A DNA stretch of 64,000 nucleotides. Source: Thalia democratica. Its lineage: Eukaryota. The position numbers were made by a program, and so were the translations under genes. A model generated the notes under the pieces. The model searched no databases and was not told the origin of the DNA. It worked only from the letters and a program-made list of their open reading frames with translations. Of the stretch, positions 38,301 to 51,100 are shown piece by piece. Positions within the stretch are counted from its first letter, which is position 1. Every line of letters begins with the position of its first letter. Location of the stretch: assembly GCA_965202585.1 (NCBI GenBank), contig OZ241826.1, positions 85,808,001 through 85,872,000 on the forward strand, in the 5' to 3' direction.

Positions 38301-41300
38301 TACAAACACTATTTTTATTAACAAAATATACTGCACTCATTAAAAAAAATAAACTTTTAAACTTGCATTGCATTAAGTTTTAAAGAAAATATCTAAACAA
38401 AACTGGCAATTCTATCAAGGAATTTATACAAGCGGTTAATAAAACATCTGTTAAATAGACTTAACTGTTATACAGTAACAAGCGTTACTGTATAAAAAAC
38501 AAAGTAAAAATATTAGTATAGTTTCTTGTGAGCACATTTTTCATTTACCCACTAAAATTAAAATCAAAATTGCTAATTAAATATGATTTAATATCAAATA
38601 TGTTATATTAAACCGCTAACTAACTACAAAATAATAATTCACAAATGCATAAAAGAATTGTCCATTCTTTAGAACAAAAACACTTGTGAATCATTTAGAA
38701 CTTAACATAACTTGTTGGACTGTAAAAAAATAAGGTATAATGTATACTTTTTATTAAATATAAACTTATTGTGAATGTCATTATAAACTTTTAACACTAT
38801 GATTGATAAATCAACTTGAAAAATAAGATGTCTTGTTTAAAAGTGTATGCTATTTACGTTTTTGTGAAACTATGGACATATAAAATAAAAAGTTAAAGTC
38901 GTTTTTAAAAATAGTTTTAATTTTATTAAAATAACAAAACGTTTTCATAAAATGTCTTAATTTTTAAGTTGTTCAACGTTTTTAAAGTTTTCATTATACT
39001 AATAAAATTTGAAATGTTTATCTTTTTTTAATGTACTTAATATACCGCTTGTTTGTTATCAAATTTACATATACAGTTCAAAAAAGTAAGTGACTATTGT
39101 GTTTCACAACATCATGTGTGTTTGAAACAAAATAATACTTTTTTTCTGCAAAATTTAGTAATTGGTTTATATCTTTTATTTGTTTACTATATCATGATTT
39201 AGTTTAAGGTACTTATAAAGACAGTTAATAGGAAAATAACATTTAAAACTTCCTAAAGTAACTTACTTAAAAAAATTGTCAGAATTTAACACTTTAATGA
39301 TTTTTGAACAAGGTAAATTATAGATTTAAGGTTTTTTGCTTTTTAATAATAGTTATAGATAAAATAGTTGACTGTACATTATAATAAACGATTATAATAA
39401 TTACACAACTTACTTTGTTTGATTTTTGTTTTTTAAGTACTTAAAATGTAGTTAATTTGAGCAATATGCTTTATTGTATTAATAAATCAATTGAAACTAT
39501 AACAAAGTTGAAATTTATTTAAAGCTACTGTTGGTTTTCAAATTTTACAACTTAATGCGTTTGCCCTTGACAAATTAACCTATCTTATTTCAGATCTAAC
39601 TTACGACTTGTATGACTAAACTAAATAGTTGACAGTCCAAGTCGGCAAACTAAAAATTTCTAAACTAAAAGTTAAAAGAAAGCGGCTGAAATATTGGTTT
39701 TACTAATTAATATATATATATTTCTATATTATAATACTACTGACAGTCTTAAATGGTATTTGTATAGCTTAATCAATAACATACTATTTAATCAATTATC
39801 AAAGAAACAAAAATAGAAACTTAAGTATTACGATTAATCTTTCTACTTTTAGAGTTTTTACGTGTACGTTTGATTTAAATGATACTTCCTTCGTTTTAAA
39901 TAATAGTTTCGAAAAAAAAACATCAAAACCTGAACAATTTTATTGCAATACTTATCAAAAAAATTTAAAACAAAGTTAATTTGCTAAAAACACTGTTACT
40001 TTTAAAAAATAATTACAGAATTCAATCATTTTGACACTTTTAAAAGGGCAAGTTTTTTTACCCGTAAGATAGTAATACAAATGGAATTCAAATTTTAAAT
40101 TACCAATTTGTTTTGCAACATGTATGATTTGTTATGTGTTGTAAACAAACATTAATTGTTTTTGTGAAAAGTTTGTATAAATGATTGAACGTACAAATAT
40201 CTAAAATCGCTTACGGATAATATCAGCTTCTTGAACGTTAAAGTAGTAATTTTCAATTCTTATTAACAAAATTAAACTGCTTTAACAATTGTGACTAATG
40301 ATTTCGATTACTTGCTCCTAGCTCAAAACTGCTTTAAAACATTTTAAAACTTTCATTTTGATAGATCAGCTTAAGTAAAACTTCATTCAAAATAATTAAA
40401 ATTAAAAATAAACTTAAAAAAACTTAATTTGCTTACTAAACAAATATGCAAGTTAACTTGCAAGTTCGTGCAAATTATTTCCATATTTTTCAAGCTACCC
40501 ATATTTATTACTCTAAACTAAGTAATAAATAAGAACTTATAAACATTTTGACTGGATAATTTACAATATGATTTGAAAAATCATAATTTTTAGCCTCAAA
40601 GATATACGAAAGCAAATAACTTAGCACCTTTTCAATTGACTTTAAATTAATCTTATTTAGGCTAATTAATAAAAACTAACGGTTCTGAGGAAACTTTTGT
40701 TGTTATGATAGGTCATAAAACATTAAGTTTATCATAATGTGTACAAATTCAAAAAGACTGTAAAGTTCAACTTTAAACATTCTGCAGAAACTTGTTTAAA
40801 ACAACGGAAATAATAGATTGCTTCTGCTATAAATCACTGTCCTTTTTTAAAAATATTTTACAGAACTTAATCATATGAACACTACTAAAAACGTAAAAGT
40901 TTTACCCGTAAGGTAACACAAACAGAATTGAGATGTTTAAAACAAGAACTTTTTTTTACGAAATTTTTGGTTTGATTTGTGTTGTAATGTAATAAAAAAC
41001 TTGGAACTGTAATTTGTTTTATCAAAAATTGTATTAATGGTTGGAATTTATTAAGGCTATTCAAGCCATATAATTCAGTATATTTTTTGAACGATCTATG
41101 TTTGTTAGATTACTCTAAGCTTTTGTCTAAAATAACTTAGTTTTCAAAGAGTCTCTTCTTTTAGATATCTTACTTATCTCAATAAACTAAACAAACTCTT
41201 AAGTCTTTTATTCTGTCTTATCGTAACTTTTAAGTTGTCAAAACAGTTTTTTTTCGGCAAATAAAATAAGCAAAGCTTTTGATAAAAGTATCAAAACCTG

Positions 41301-42454
41301 CGAAATTAGAAATTGGTAAATCTGTTAAAATCACTTCTAATTTAATACTAACAAATTTTTTTATAAACAAATTATTTTTTCATTTTTTCAGCGTCGGTTT
41401 TCTTTAACTAATAATTGTGAACATTTTAGAAAACAAAAACAACATTATTTTTGTTGATAAATTTTAATTTTTTAGGATAAGCTACGGGTGTTAAACAAAA
41501 GCATTCTCATGATCATTCTACAGTAGTTGAAAAGTAAAAGTCTGCGGTTTACTTTGTTAAGAAAAGTTCACATGTACTAAAAATGGTAATTTTATGAGAT
41601 ACCAGAAAGTTGTTTTAACAATGTAATTAAAACTTCTTTAGATTTTTATTATTAAATTAACAAAATTAAAAACAATATTAAAACGTCTGTAAACCGTTGA
41701 TAATATTAGATAAAATATTAAGTGAGACTTCTAATAGAAAAAGAATAAATTAATTAAACTAAATAAAAATTTTCCTTTAAAACTTATTTTAACTGTCCTT
41801 TGTAAAATTATATACTATAAAAATAAGTGGGAGGAAATAAACGCATTTTACATTTTAGTGTTACAGCTTTACAAGGGAAACAGTTTAAAACGTTTGTGTT
41901 TGGTAAGAAGTATTTATTGTTTTAAGCGATTTATAGTTTTCTCAATTTTAGAAAATTTGTTAAACAATAGGTCTATAAACTGTATACAAGACTTAATAAA
42001 AACATTAAAAAAGGAAGTTTGATTTAAATAAGGGATAATCGTTTAAACACACTTTAACAAAGAAGTAGATTAAAAAACAGTAAAAAAGAACATTCTAATT
42101 AAATTTAAAAGTCTAGAATTACTTATTTTAAAACATATTATATACTGTTGTGTACTTTTGCAGATGTTTTACTATAAAAGTTCCGAAAGGTTATTTTTAA
42201 TGTTTAAAAATAGTTGTAATTTTAGCTTACTTTTATATTTCTGTAAATAATTTTTCTTCATCCTAAAGACGTGTTAAAGCTCATTAAAATAAAGAAATTA
42301 GCTGTTTAAGCATACTTGTAATTTGAGTATTTAAAATGTTTACATATAGAAATATGATTATTATAACAAATTATGGTAACAGTCTTAGGGTTGAAATTTA
42401 AAATAGTATGTTTTAGAATAGCAGTGTATGTGTCTAACTAGTATAAATTAGTAA

Positions 42455-42495
42455 TAAATGACAAATAACACTGAGGTGCTAGTTTACGTTTTGTT
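42455..42495 (+). promoter_or_regulatory. Upstream conserved element TAACAC-TGAG-GTGCTA (ZF-D)
   Basis: Reverse-complement homologue of 17762-17800. Confidence 0.5.
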
Positions 42496-43638
42496 TTGAA
42501 TTAGCTTTTGCTTTATATTTTAGTTTGTCTATGTAATAAAGAAGAAAAGTTTTAGTTAATATAGAACGAATTTATAAGGGTATTGTTTATTTTAATTTTG
42601 AACTGTTAGATTGAAAATTTCGTTTAAGTTACTACAAAATTTTAGTTTTTTGTTTTTTACTATAACTAAAAGATTCATAAACAGATTACAATTTAATTTC
42701 CAAACTATTTTAAGCATTTATTTGTTATTTGCAATTGACGAATAAATAAAAAAATAATTAACAGTTTAAAACTTTTAAGAAAAAAAAGCTAAATAGAAGT
42801 AAAATAAAATGATTTAGTGAAGTATTTAAAAAAAATTTTTTGTCATTTAAGTTGTTAAATAAAGTCATAATTAGTTTAAGATTCTGTTTAAACCATTGCT
42901 AATTAATATTATAGTTAGCAAAAAACAATTAGGGTTCTATGCTTATAATAAAATGAGACAAAATAGTCGTAAAATCTAATTGAATATGTTAACTATCTAT
43001 ATTACCAGACTTTTAAGGACTAAATTAACCAAAAATAAACTAACTTTTATTGGAGAATTTTTATTTTTGCTAAATTAATCTATAATACTAAAGGGTTTTT
43101 AAAAACTTGTATCAAAACTGTTGAAACAGATAGAATAGTGCTTATGTTATAATAACCCATTTTATAGCAAAAATTCTAATTAAAATAAATAATTTGACCC
43201 ATAAAATAAATTTTTACTCTAGCCGCTTAAGGTGGTAAAGAAAGCTAACAAAAAAAAGGTTTCTTTTTTTTTATTTCTCCCAGATTTTGTAACGAATATT
43301 TGTCGTTTGAGTTTATCAGTTATAACTTTGTAACCAAACATAAGCAGACTTAAAAGTTCAAGCGTTTAGTAGTTTGAAGTTTTCATATAGAATGACAAAC
43401 TTTTATACTATTTATAACTAAAATAGTCATTGCTTTTATTTAAATTGCTAGTTTAGGTATTGTCTAAGTTTTTTTTTGCTTATATATAACAAAGCTTAAA
43501 GTTCAAATTAAAATTTGTAGTTTATCATTTGTATAATTTAATCAGCAAATGTTATGGTTTATTTTGGTTGTTTTGATATTTTTATATAAATTATTTTTCT
43601 AATTTTTTACTAGACTATATCAAAAAAAGTTATTAATT

Positions 43639-46600
43639 ATGCCGAGATTCAAGCAGGATCATCCTAAGCAAATACCAAATATGATGCAAAACTTTTGTGT
43701 TATGACATCAAATCTAGTCAATAAATCGCACCATAAGACATCACAATTGAAAGATTCTTCATCATCAGGTTAATAAATCTATTTAAAAAATAAAGGTGCA
43801 TCATTTATATTACGAAAATTCATCTAATAATTAACTTTAATTTAAATTAGTTAGTAAATACGACAATTGTTTATAATCATACTTTTCACTAAATATTTAT
43901 TTTATAAATTAGCCCTATTTGAAAATGTTTCCTTTGTATTAAATTTTCTTGTAAAGGCAGTTTGTTTTAGTAATTTTTGTTAATTTTATCGGGTATATAT
44001 TTTATTTTTCATGAAAAAAATAACGTAGTTACAAAAGTATTATAAACTTGAATTTTAATTTTTACCATTTTTTTAAAAATAACTTTTTAACGAACTGAAT
44101 AAAGTACATATTAAAATTTTATCTTTAAAAATGGGAGTTGAAGTAAACTTATATATAAGGTCGCAATTATTACTAAAAATAACATATTTGTAGTAAAAAC
44201 AAACACATTTATTTTGATTATAAAAAAAAATTAAAAATTTTTATTAGATTCGATACTTAAGATACGATTGACATAAATAGCTTAAAAAAAATCGAAAACT
44301 AACGAAAAAAAATGTTTATAAAATATAAAAAATTTCCTTATATGATATTAGTTTTTCTTGCTAAAACTTCTTAAAAAACTTTAAATTAAGCTCGAGGGCT
44401 TACATTACAAAATTTCACAACTACTTTTTTAGATAGATTACAAATGAAATAAGTTTTTGTGACACGTTATACAAGGTGCTTCTTATTTATAGACACTTGT
44501 TTGCTTGAAGCAAAATAGATATTTGAAAATTAATTATCATTTTTAATTGTGCGAATCAGTATGCTATATCTAAGTTGTCTTATAATAAATAATAAATTAT
44601 ATTAAAAGCATATAAATATGTAAGAGCTACTAATTTAACTCAATTCACTTAAAACTCTCAGTTTATATGTTTCAGTTATAAAAATAATAATGTGAAAAAC
44701 AAGATTTAGTTATGTAGTACAAGCTGATGTTTTGACTTGTATCCAGTATAAAAAATGTTTCATTACGCGCTGAAATCTTACAATCAAACTTTTGGAACAG
44801 CTTCCTATTTTTTTTGTTATTAATCGTTTTTACAACATTGTATTAGTTTTTAAATTAGATTTTTTTTTATAAAATACATATAATTCTTTTAATAAACAGA
44901 CTACTTATGAAAATAATGAGATTTTAAAAAAGTATACACGTCATTCTATGTTTTCAAAACGATCTTAAATTTAACTATGTAAAGTTTTAGAACAAAACTG
45001 TTAACGACTTTTAAAGCAGATAAGTTATGAAAGTCAAAAGTATAAAGTTAGGAACATAACTTCCATTTGCGCATTTTATTTGTAAATTAAGTGGTTAATG
45101 ATGCTTTAAATTGTCTTTCCTATCAATATAAGTTTTGTCCAGGTGTTTGCTTATAACCTTTTTTGTATTTCCGTTGAAAATTTAAATACCTTTAAAATAC
45201 TTGAACTGTATAAAAACAGTAAAATTTCACAAAAAGATTATTTTCTCACAAAATATAGTTATTTCTCGTTTAAATAAATGTTTTTAGCTGTAAACTTTGT
45301 TTTATTTTGGAAGCCCTAGTTATTTTGAAATTGTAATAACATCTAGAATAAAAACTTTAAGTACACTAACTAGAACAAAAAATATTTCATTAGTTCAAGT
45401 TTTAAACCTATTATTATAGACTTGCATTGTTTCAAAATTTAAGCTATTATCTCAGAAAATTTCTATTATAGCTTTTTATATTTTAAGCTACTAGTACTTT
45501 AATATTTTTCTAAAACGCTTTTCTCGAAGCTGAAAAAAAAAACTTATGCAAACAATTTCAATTCGGCTTATTTTCTCAAGAACGGGTATTTATATCACTT
45601 GAAATGTTTATAATCAAACCTTCGGCTTTTTTAAAAATCATATTGACACTTAAAATAATATTTGGAAAATACTAAGTTACTATAAAAGACGATATTTAAA
45701 AAATATTTTACGAAGTACTTTAAGGTAATGTTTTATGTACGTCATAATATTCATTAGATAAAATTTCCTCACCTGAAAATCAAATCTCTGAAACGGGATT
45801 TTTTTCAAGTGCAACTGAAATCGAAAGTGTGACGTCATCAAGCAATTGCGTAACAAAGAAAGAAATAGAAATGACGTCAAAATGTAGTCAGGAACATTTA
45901 AAGAAGGAAACTAAATTTGAATCTAAGGTTTGTTGTTTTTTTTTTTTCTTTAAAAAAGAATGAGTTTATTTTTTATTAAAAAACTAAGCGTTTCAGCGAA
46001 TGTATTTGTAATTGCTAGCAAAGTTTAATCAGTAGAATTGGTTTGTTAATGCTTAAAAAACCAAAATGGTCATAATAGTTAACTTACTAGGTTTTACAGT
46101 TAAACTTGAAACTCTTATCGCACAAAGAACTGATGAAAAAACCTAGCATTCACCCCAACGATAAAAAAAATACACCTAAATTTCAAGGTAAGATAAACTT
46201 TTAGTATTTTTTGTAAGATTTAAAACTATTCTGTATTCAATACAGTAGTTTGAATTAAGAAAAAATAAATAACTTAGCTCTAAATATAGGTTAATATTTT
46301 TAATTTTTAAGTTAATTTTTCTGTTTAAGATAATGTTTACAGTGTTATAATAAACAAATTAAAAAATGGTGTAAAAAAAAAAACATTAAACCAACAAACT
46401 AGAGGTATATAAAACATTTCAGATCAAACAAGTTTTGTTTCAACAAAAAGCGTAAGTATTTCAAAGGATGAAGCGAGTAAAAGCTCACTAAAAAGACAGC
46501 AAAAACAACAAAGTTATCAACAAACATTCGATTATAACTTGCCAACCAATCAACTACAGCAGTTTTTATTGACTAACCCGTTTTTGTACATGAGCAAAGA

Positions 46601-48195
46601 AATAAACAACGTTGCAAGAATAAAGGCCTTGTACGAGAATCAAATGAAATGGGCTTGTCTAAATAACTTTTACAATCAAAGAAGACAACAATTGATGTAT
46701 GCATCACATATGATTACTCGAAACAATTTAAAACAGAAAGGGTTTATGCATTATCGACAAAATTTTACTGACTGCATGATACCTCAACACAACTTTAATA
46801 ATGTTAAGCGCAATCAAAACATGTTCAACCTTTGCAACAAGGCAAACAACAAGTTTAATCAATTTAAACATAAAAATGGAACAACTAACAAAGTAAGGAG
46901 TAATGTCACTACAAACATTAAAGTTAATGCTTTGAACAAAAATCCTAGCAAGGAAAATTTATTAAATTCATTACAACAAGCTCTTAATAAACATAAGAAG
47001 CTTACAAAAACAAATATTAATGGTTTAAAATGTACACCAACTACGAACGATAAAAAAGAAATTGAACATATACAAGCTATGATTGCAAACTTTTCTAATA
47101 AAAATGAAACTAGTTCGTCAACCAAAGATACTTCAAATAGTCTGGGAACTCTTCCAATTAATAACATTTCTTCAGATGTAATTTCTATCAGTCTACAAGA
47201 AACTTACAAATCATCAAGTTATCCAAATTTACCTCAGGGAAGTATGTCTTCAATAAGCCATCAGATTATTGTTACTGAAAAGCAGGCAGAAATGATAGTC
47301 AATCAGGTCAAAGAAAAAATGAGAGGCAGAGATCCTGAAAATATGTACATAAAATGTCCACTATGTAAAAAACGTATAAAAAGGTAAAAACTGTATAATC
47401 TATCAAACTTAAAACATACTAAATCGTAACACTTCATGATTAACTATTTAAAAATTAAACTTTAGTTTTTAACTAAATTCCAAAGTTTAATCAATAAAAA
47501 CTTAACATTAAATAATACGTTGTATTATAATACTTGAAAAATTCAATTTTTGCAGATTGTACCATTTCCATCGTCATATGCGTATTCACCTGGGTAAAAA
47601 GGACCACAAATGTCCCCACTGTGACTACAGTTCCGTCAGAAAGGACAATTTTAAGTCACATATGAAGACCCACGAGAAAAATAACGACCAATCAACAACG
47701 AGGAAGCGAACAACGCCCACTAGTGATCTTCTTAATTCTGTCAATTATCAGCAAACTACTTATCCGAGGCTGACAGCAGCCAGTCAGAGGACAAAAGTTA
47801 TTAATGGTGGTCCAATAAGAAAGAGCCTTTACAATCTCGAAACACTAAAAAGTAATTTTGGACATAACCACACTTCAATCGAGTTCGACCACTCAATGCA
47901 ACAATGTTTACAAGGGAACATTTTCTTAGGGCAAAGTACGTTTTCTTACGAACAAATGGCTCCACCTACGAAGCAGAGGCGTTATGAATATGTTACAACG
48001 AATAAGAACAGCGCAAAAATAACGGATATTACTGAACATCAGTTTAGTTGTAGTATGAAAACTAACCAAAATCTAAAAGATAAGTCTGCACACAAACAGC
48101 AAAACATATCAACAGAAACTAGAAAACGCAATGAAAAGCATGGTAATTTATTCTGCCCATACGAAGAATTTTTCACAAAAAATACTATTATTTAA
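43639..48195 (+). CDS. ZF-D: two-finger C2H2 zinc-finger transcription factor, 662 aa; join(43639..43768,45758..45927,46100..46187,46423..47383,47556..48195)
   Basis: GT-AG introns with phases 1,0,1,2 and an open frame. Exon 1 MPRFKQDHPKQIPNMMQNFCVMTS..., exon 3 LNLKLLSHKELMKK... Fingers CPLCKKRIKR|LYHFHRHMRIH and CPHCDYSSVRKDNFKSHMKTH. The tail has LFCPY. Closest paralogue of ZF-B (inverted duplicate). AATAAA overlaps the stop codon. Confidence 0.85.
44388..44401 (+). promoter_or_regulatory. Intron-1 element I (AAGCTCGAGGGCTT) in ZF-D
   Basis: Exact 14-mer. Confidence 0.6.
45088..45152 (+). promoter_or_regulatory. Intron-1 element II in ZF-D
   Basis: Homologous to 1631-1700, about 600 bp before exon 2. 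Confidence 0.55.
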
Positions 48196-51100
48196 TAAAA
48201 AATCAAAAAATGTTCTTGTAAAAATATTCTAATAACATATTTCGGTTTATAAAATAAACAGTACTACTCTTTTGTTTTCAATATCGTTATTACAGCTTAT
48301 ATACAAATTATAAAGTTTTCACTAAATGCACCTCTTAAGATTTTTATCATATATTTTATACTTAATTTTGTTTTTCAATTAATAGTTTTTATATTTGAGT
48401 AAAGGCATTTAATTATCTAAAATTTATTTGGTCTATAAAGTACATTGTTATTAATAGCAACAAATTTTATTACGCTTAACTTTTTTATTGTATTTTCACT
48501 TGTATCAAGCTTATATGTAATATATATTCTATTTTAAGTGTATTTAAATACGGTTAATTTAATATCGTAAAAAGCAAAAAACGAGTTTTGATTAATAATA
48601 GTTTTAAATAAACTTTATACATTTGCTTAAGAATAAGTACAAAGGTTTACTGTTAATTCAAAAACCCTTTACTGGTTAATAATTTTCAAATTCTGCTGAT
48701 AATCTAAAAAACATGCAAAATTTATTAAAAATACTTTTGATTTACTCTTAAAACACTATGATTACAGTCGTAGGAATGAACAGCCTAAAATAGAATTATT
48801 CTACAATTAGCTTGTATTTTTATCGATATTTGGTAGGGTTTACTTTGCTAGCTTAGAATTAAACTTTAAAAATATAGATTTTTAGCTACTTAAAACTATG
48901 TTTAATTTTTATTTATCAAACTTTAGTACGACTAAACAAATCATTAACTACACATTTTGTTCACAACATTGTTTTTGATTTACGTTTTATTCTTATAATT
49001 TTAGTAAAACAGTTTTCAAACTACAACTAAAATGTTTTATAATGTTTTTCGTGCTACTAGTATTTTTTCAAAATGGCGTAGCAACGTTTTTTATAAGGAT
49101 TAAAACTGCAATCTGTTTAATTCAGTTCTTTACTTTGTAGCAAAATTTTAATTATTTCTGTAAAAACTGAATGAAAGCTAAGTTAATGTCATTTGAATAA
49201 ATATGATACTTATATTCATAATGTATGTCATTATCAGTAAGTTAGCTACTTGGTTTACACTAAGATACGTCTTTGAAAATTATTACTTTTAAAGCATTAA
49301 TGTTATATAACAATTGATGAGAAGTTTATTTATTCTAGTCTTTTTACTTGAATTACTCAACATTAATCATTTGCCTGAAATTAAAAAAATATATGTATAG
49401 TAACTTATGCACAACTTTAATATTTTGTATTTATTGTATCTAATGTTTTTTTGCAAATTTTTATACATTTAGATTTTTTTTTATGTAAAAATACACGTAC
49501 TTTGTTCGTATCAATTTTTTTTTTTGTATGATAACTAACTTAAAGTTATTTATCTTGCTTAGCCTTTTGTGCTGTAAGAGTTGTATAAAGAGTTATTTTT
49601 TTATAACCATCATCACTACTAGAAGTTAACTTTAAAATTTGACAAACTGAATGCACAAAATACTGCCTTTAGTTAACAGTTTTTTAAAATTGATTATCAA
49701 AGCAATACAAGTTTTAATTTTTGTTTTTATTTTTTTTGTTAAGATAATTTTAGTTATTAAATTGAAGCTAAATGATAAAAAATATATACATCTTTACTGC
49801 TTTAAACTGTTTTAGTAAAAGGGTTCATTTATTACTTTAACAATTATTTTCATATTTTAAAACTTTTTTTTATCAACATGTAATATGTTACAAAAAAAAA
49901 CAACTATTTTGCTTTAAGATAATTTATATAAACTTTTACAAACAGTTTACAATTAACAACTATAACTCGTATCAGTACTACATAAAAGTTTTTGAAAAAA
50001 CTTAAAACATAAATTTGATATAAACTGATGTTGTGTTAGTGGCGAATTTTATATTGATTCTGCTTTCTTGAACTCATAGTTTTATATCTTCCTAAAAAGC
50101 AGTTATCTTAAACATATTCATTTTTGAAGTAATAAATTTTTAACATTTATAAATTCCCTGTGGTTTTATTAATCATTACGGTCTTATTATGTATTTAAAT
50201 CGGTTATAGTTTGTTTATTAAGCCATTAGCGTAACCATTTCTAAATTTATAATTAAAACATAAAAAAAATCGATTACTTAAGAATTTTTTACATTTATCC
50301 ACAATTATTAAAATGGTCAAATAATTCTAAAATTATAAAATATTACCTTAATATTATTTTATTTCACTATTCTTTAAGTCAATTAAAGAAACTATTTTTG
50401 TAATACAAGATGCAAGTTCTCATTTTAAACTTCTGTTTTCTTCTTAAAATTTCTACAGTTTTCTGACACATATTTTTCAATATTGTATGATAAGATTACA
50501 CAAAACTTCATAGTTTTAATCTTGTCGAAGTTAAATAACTCAAAAACGCACTTTTGCGAAAAGTACCGACAATAATTTTTCAATAATGTAAAACTAGAAC
50601 GACATGTGCTCGTATTTAAAATTTTATTGCAAGTTTCAAATTGAAATGTTTAACTTAAACTAGTCTTTTTTTTTGTGCTAGTTATGTAAAATACATTAAA
50701 CTATTTTTCGTTTATTCTGTAACTACTTTAGCTTTCCAACAACTGAAACTTTATAAACAGATTATAAAAAAGTAATCATCTATTTATAATTAAAATGTTA
50801 CAAAACAGCGAAAATTTACAAAAAATGTTTAAAAAGTTTTTTATGATTTCAAGCTTTGTATTGAAAATGTAATTAAAATTTTCGTGTGAATAGTGGTATA
50901 CAGACCTAAAAGAGAGTACTTTTTATTGCTAGGATATAATTAAAATCCATAGAAGTAAAAGTATTAGTTCTGCAACTTTATTTTCCCATATGAATTGTCA
51001 AGTTCTAAGTGTTTCAATTTTATGTTTAAACCCTGATTTGTCTAAGCTTCGACTATCTAAAATATCAACATTGTATAAAGTTTTAGTTTGAATTTTGTTA

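Noticed and set aside
44388-44500. Element I as a snoRNA or miRNA
   Set aside because: No C/D or H/ACA boxes or long stem are conserved across copies; only a 4-bp terminal complement.
23878-47167. ORFs 23878+, 24832+, 45680- and 46859-
   Set aside because: Antisense shadows of real exons of ZF-C and ZF-D.
11486-48195. Naming the genes tramtrack, REST or huckebein
   Set aside because: Only the finger-2 helix resembles Tramtrack. There is no BTB domain, only two fingers, and the motif position differs from Huckebein, so orthology cannot be claimed without a search.
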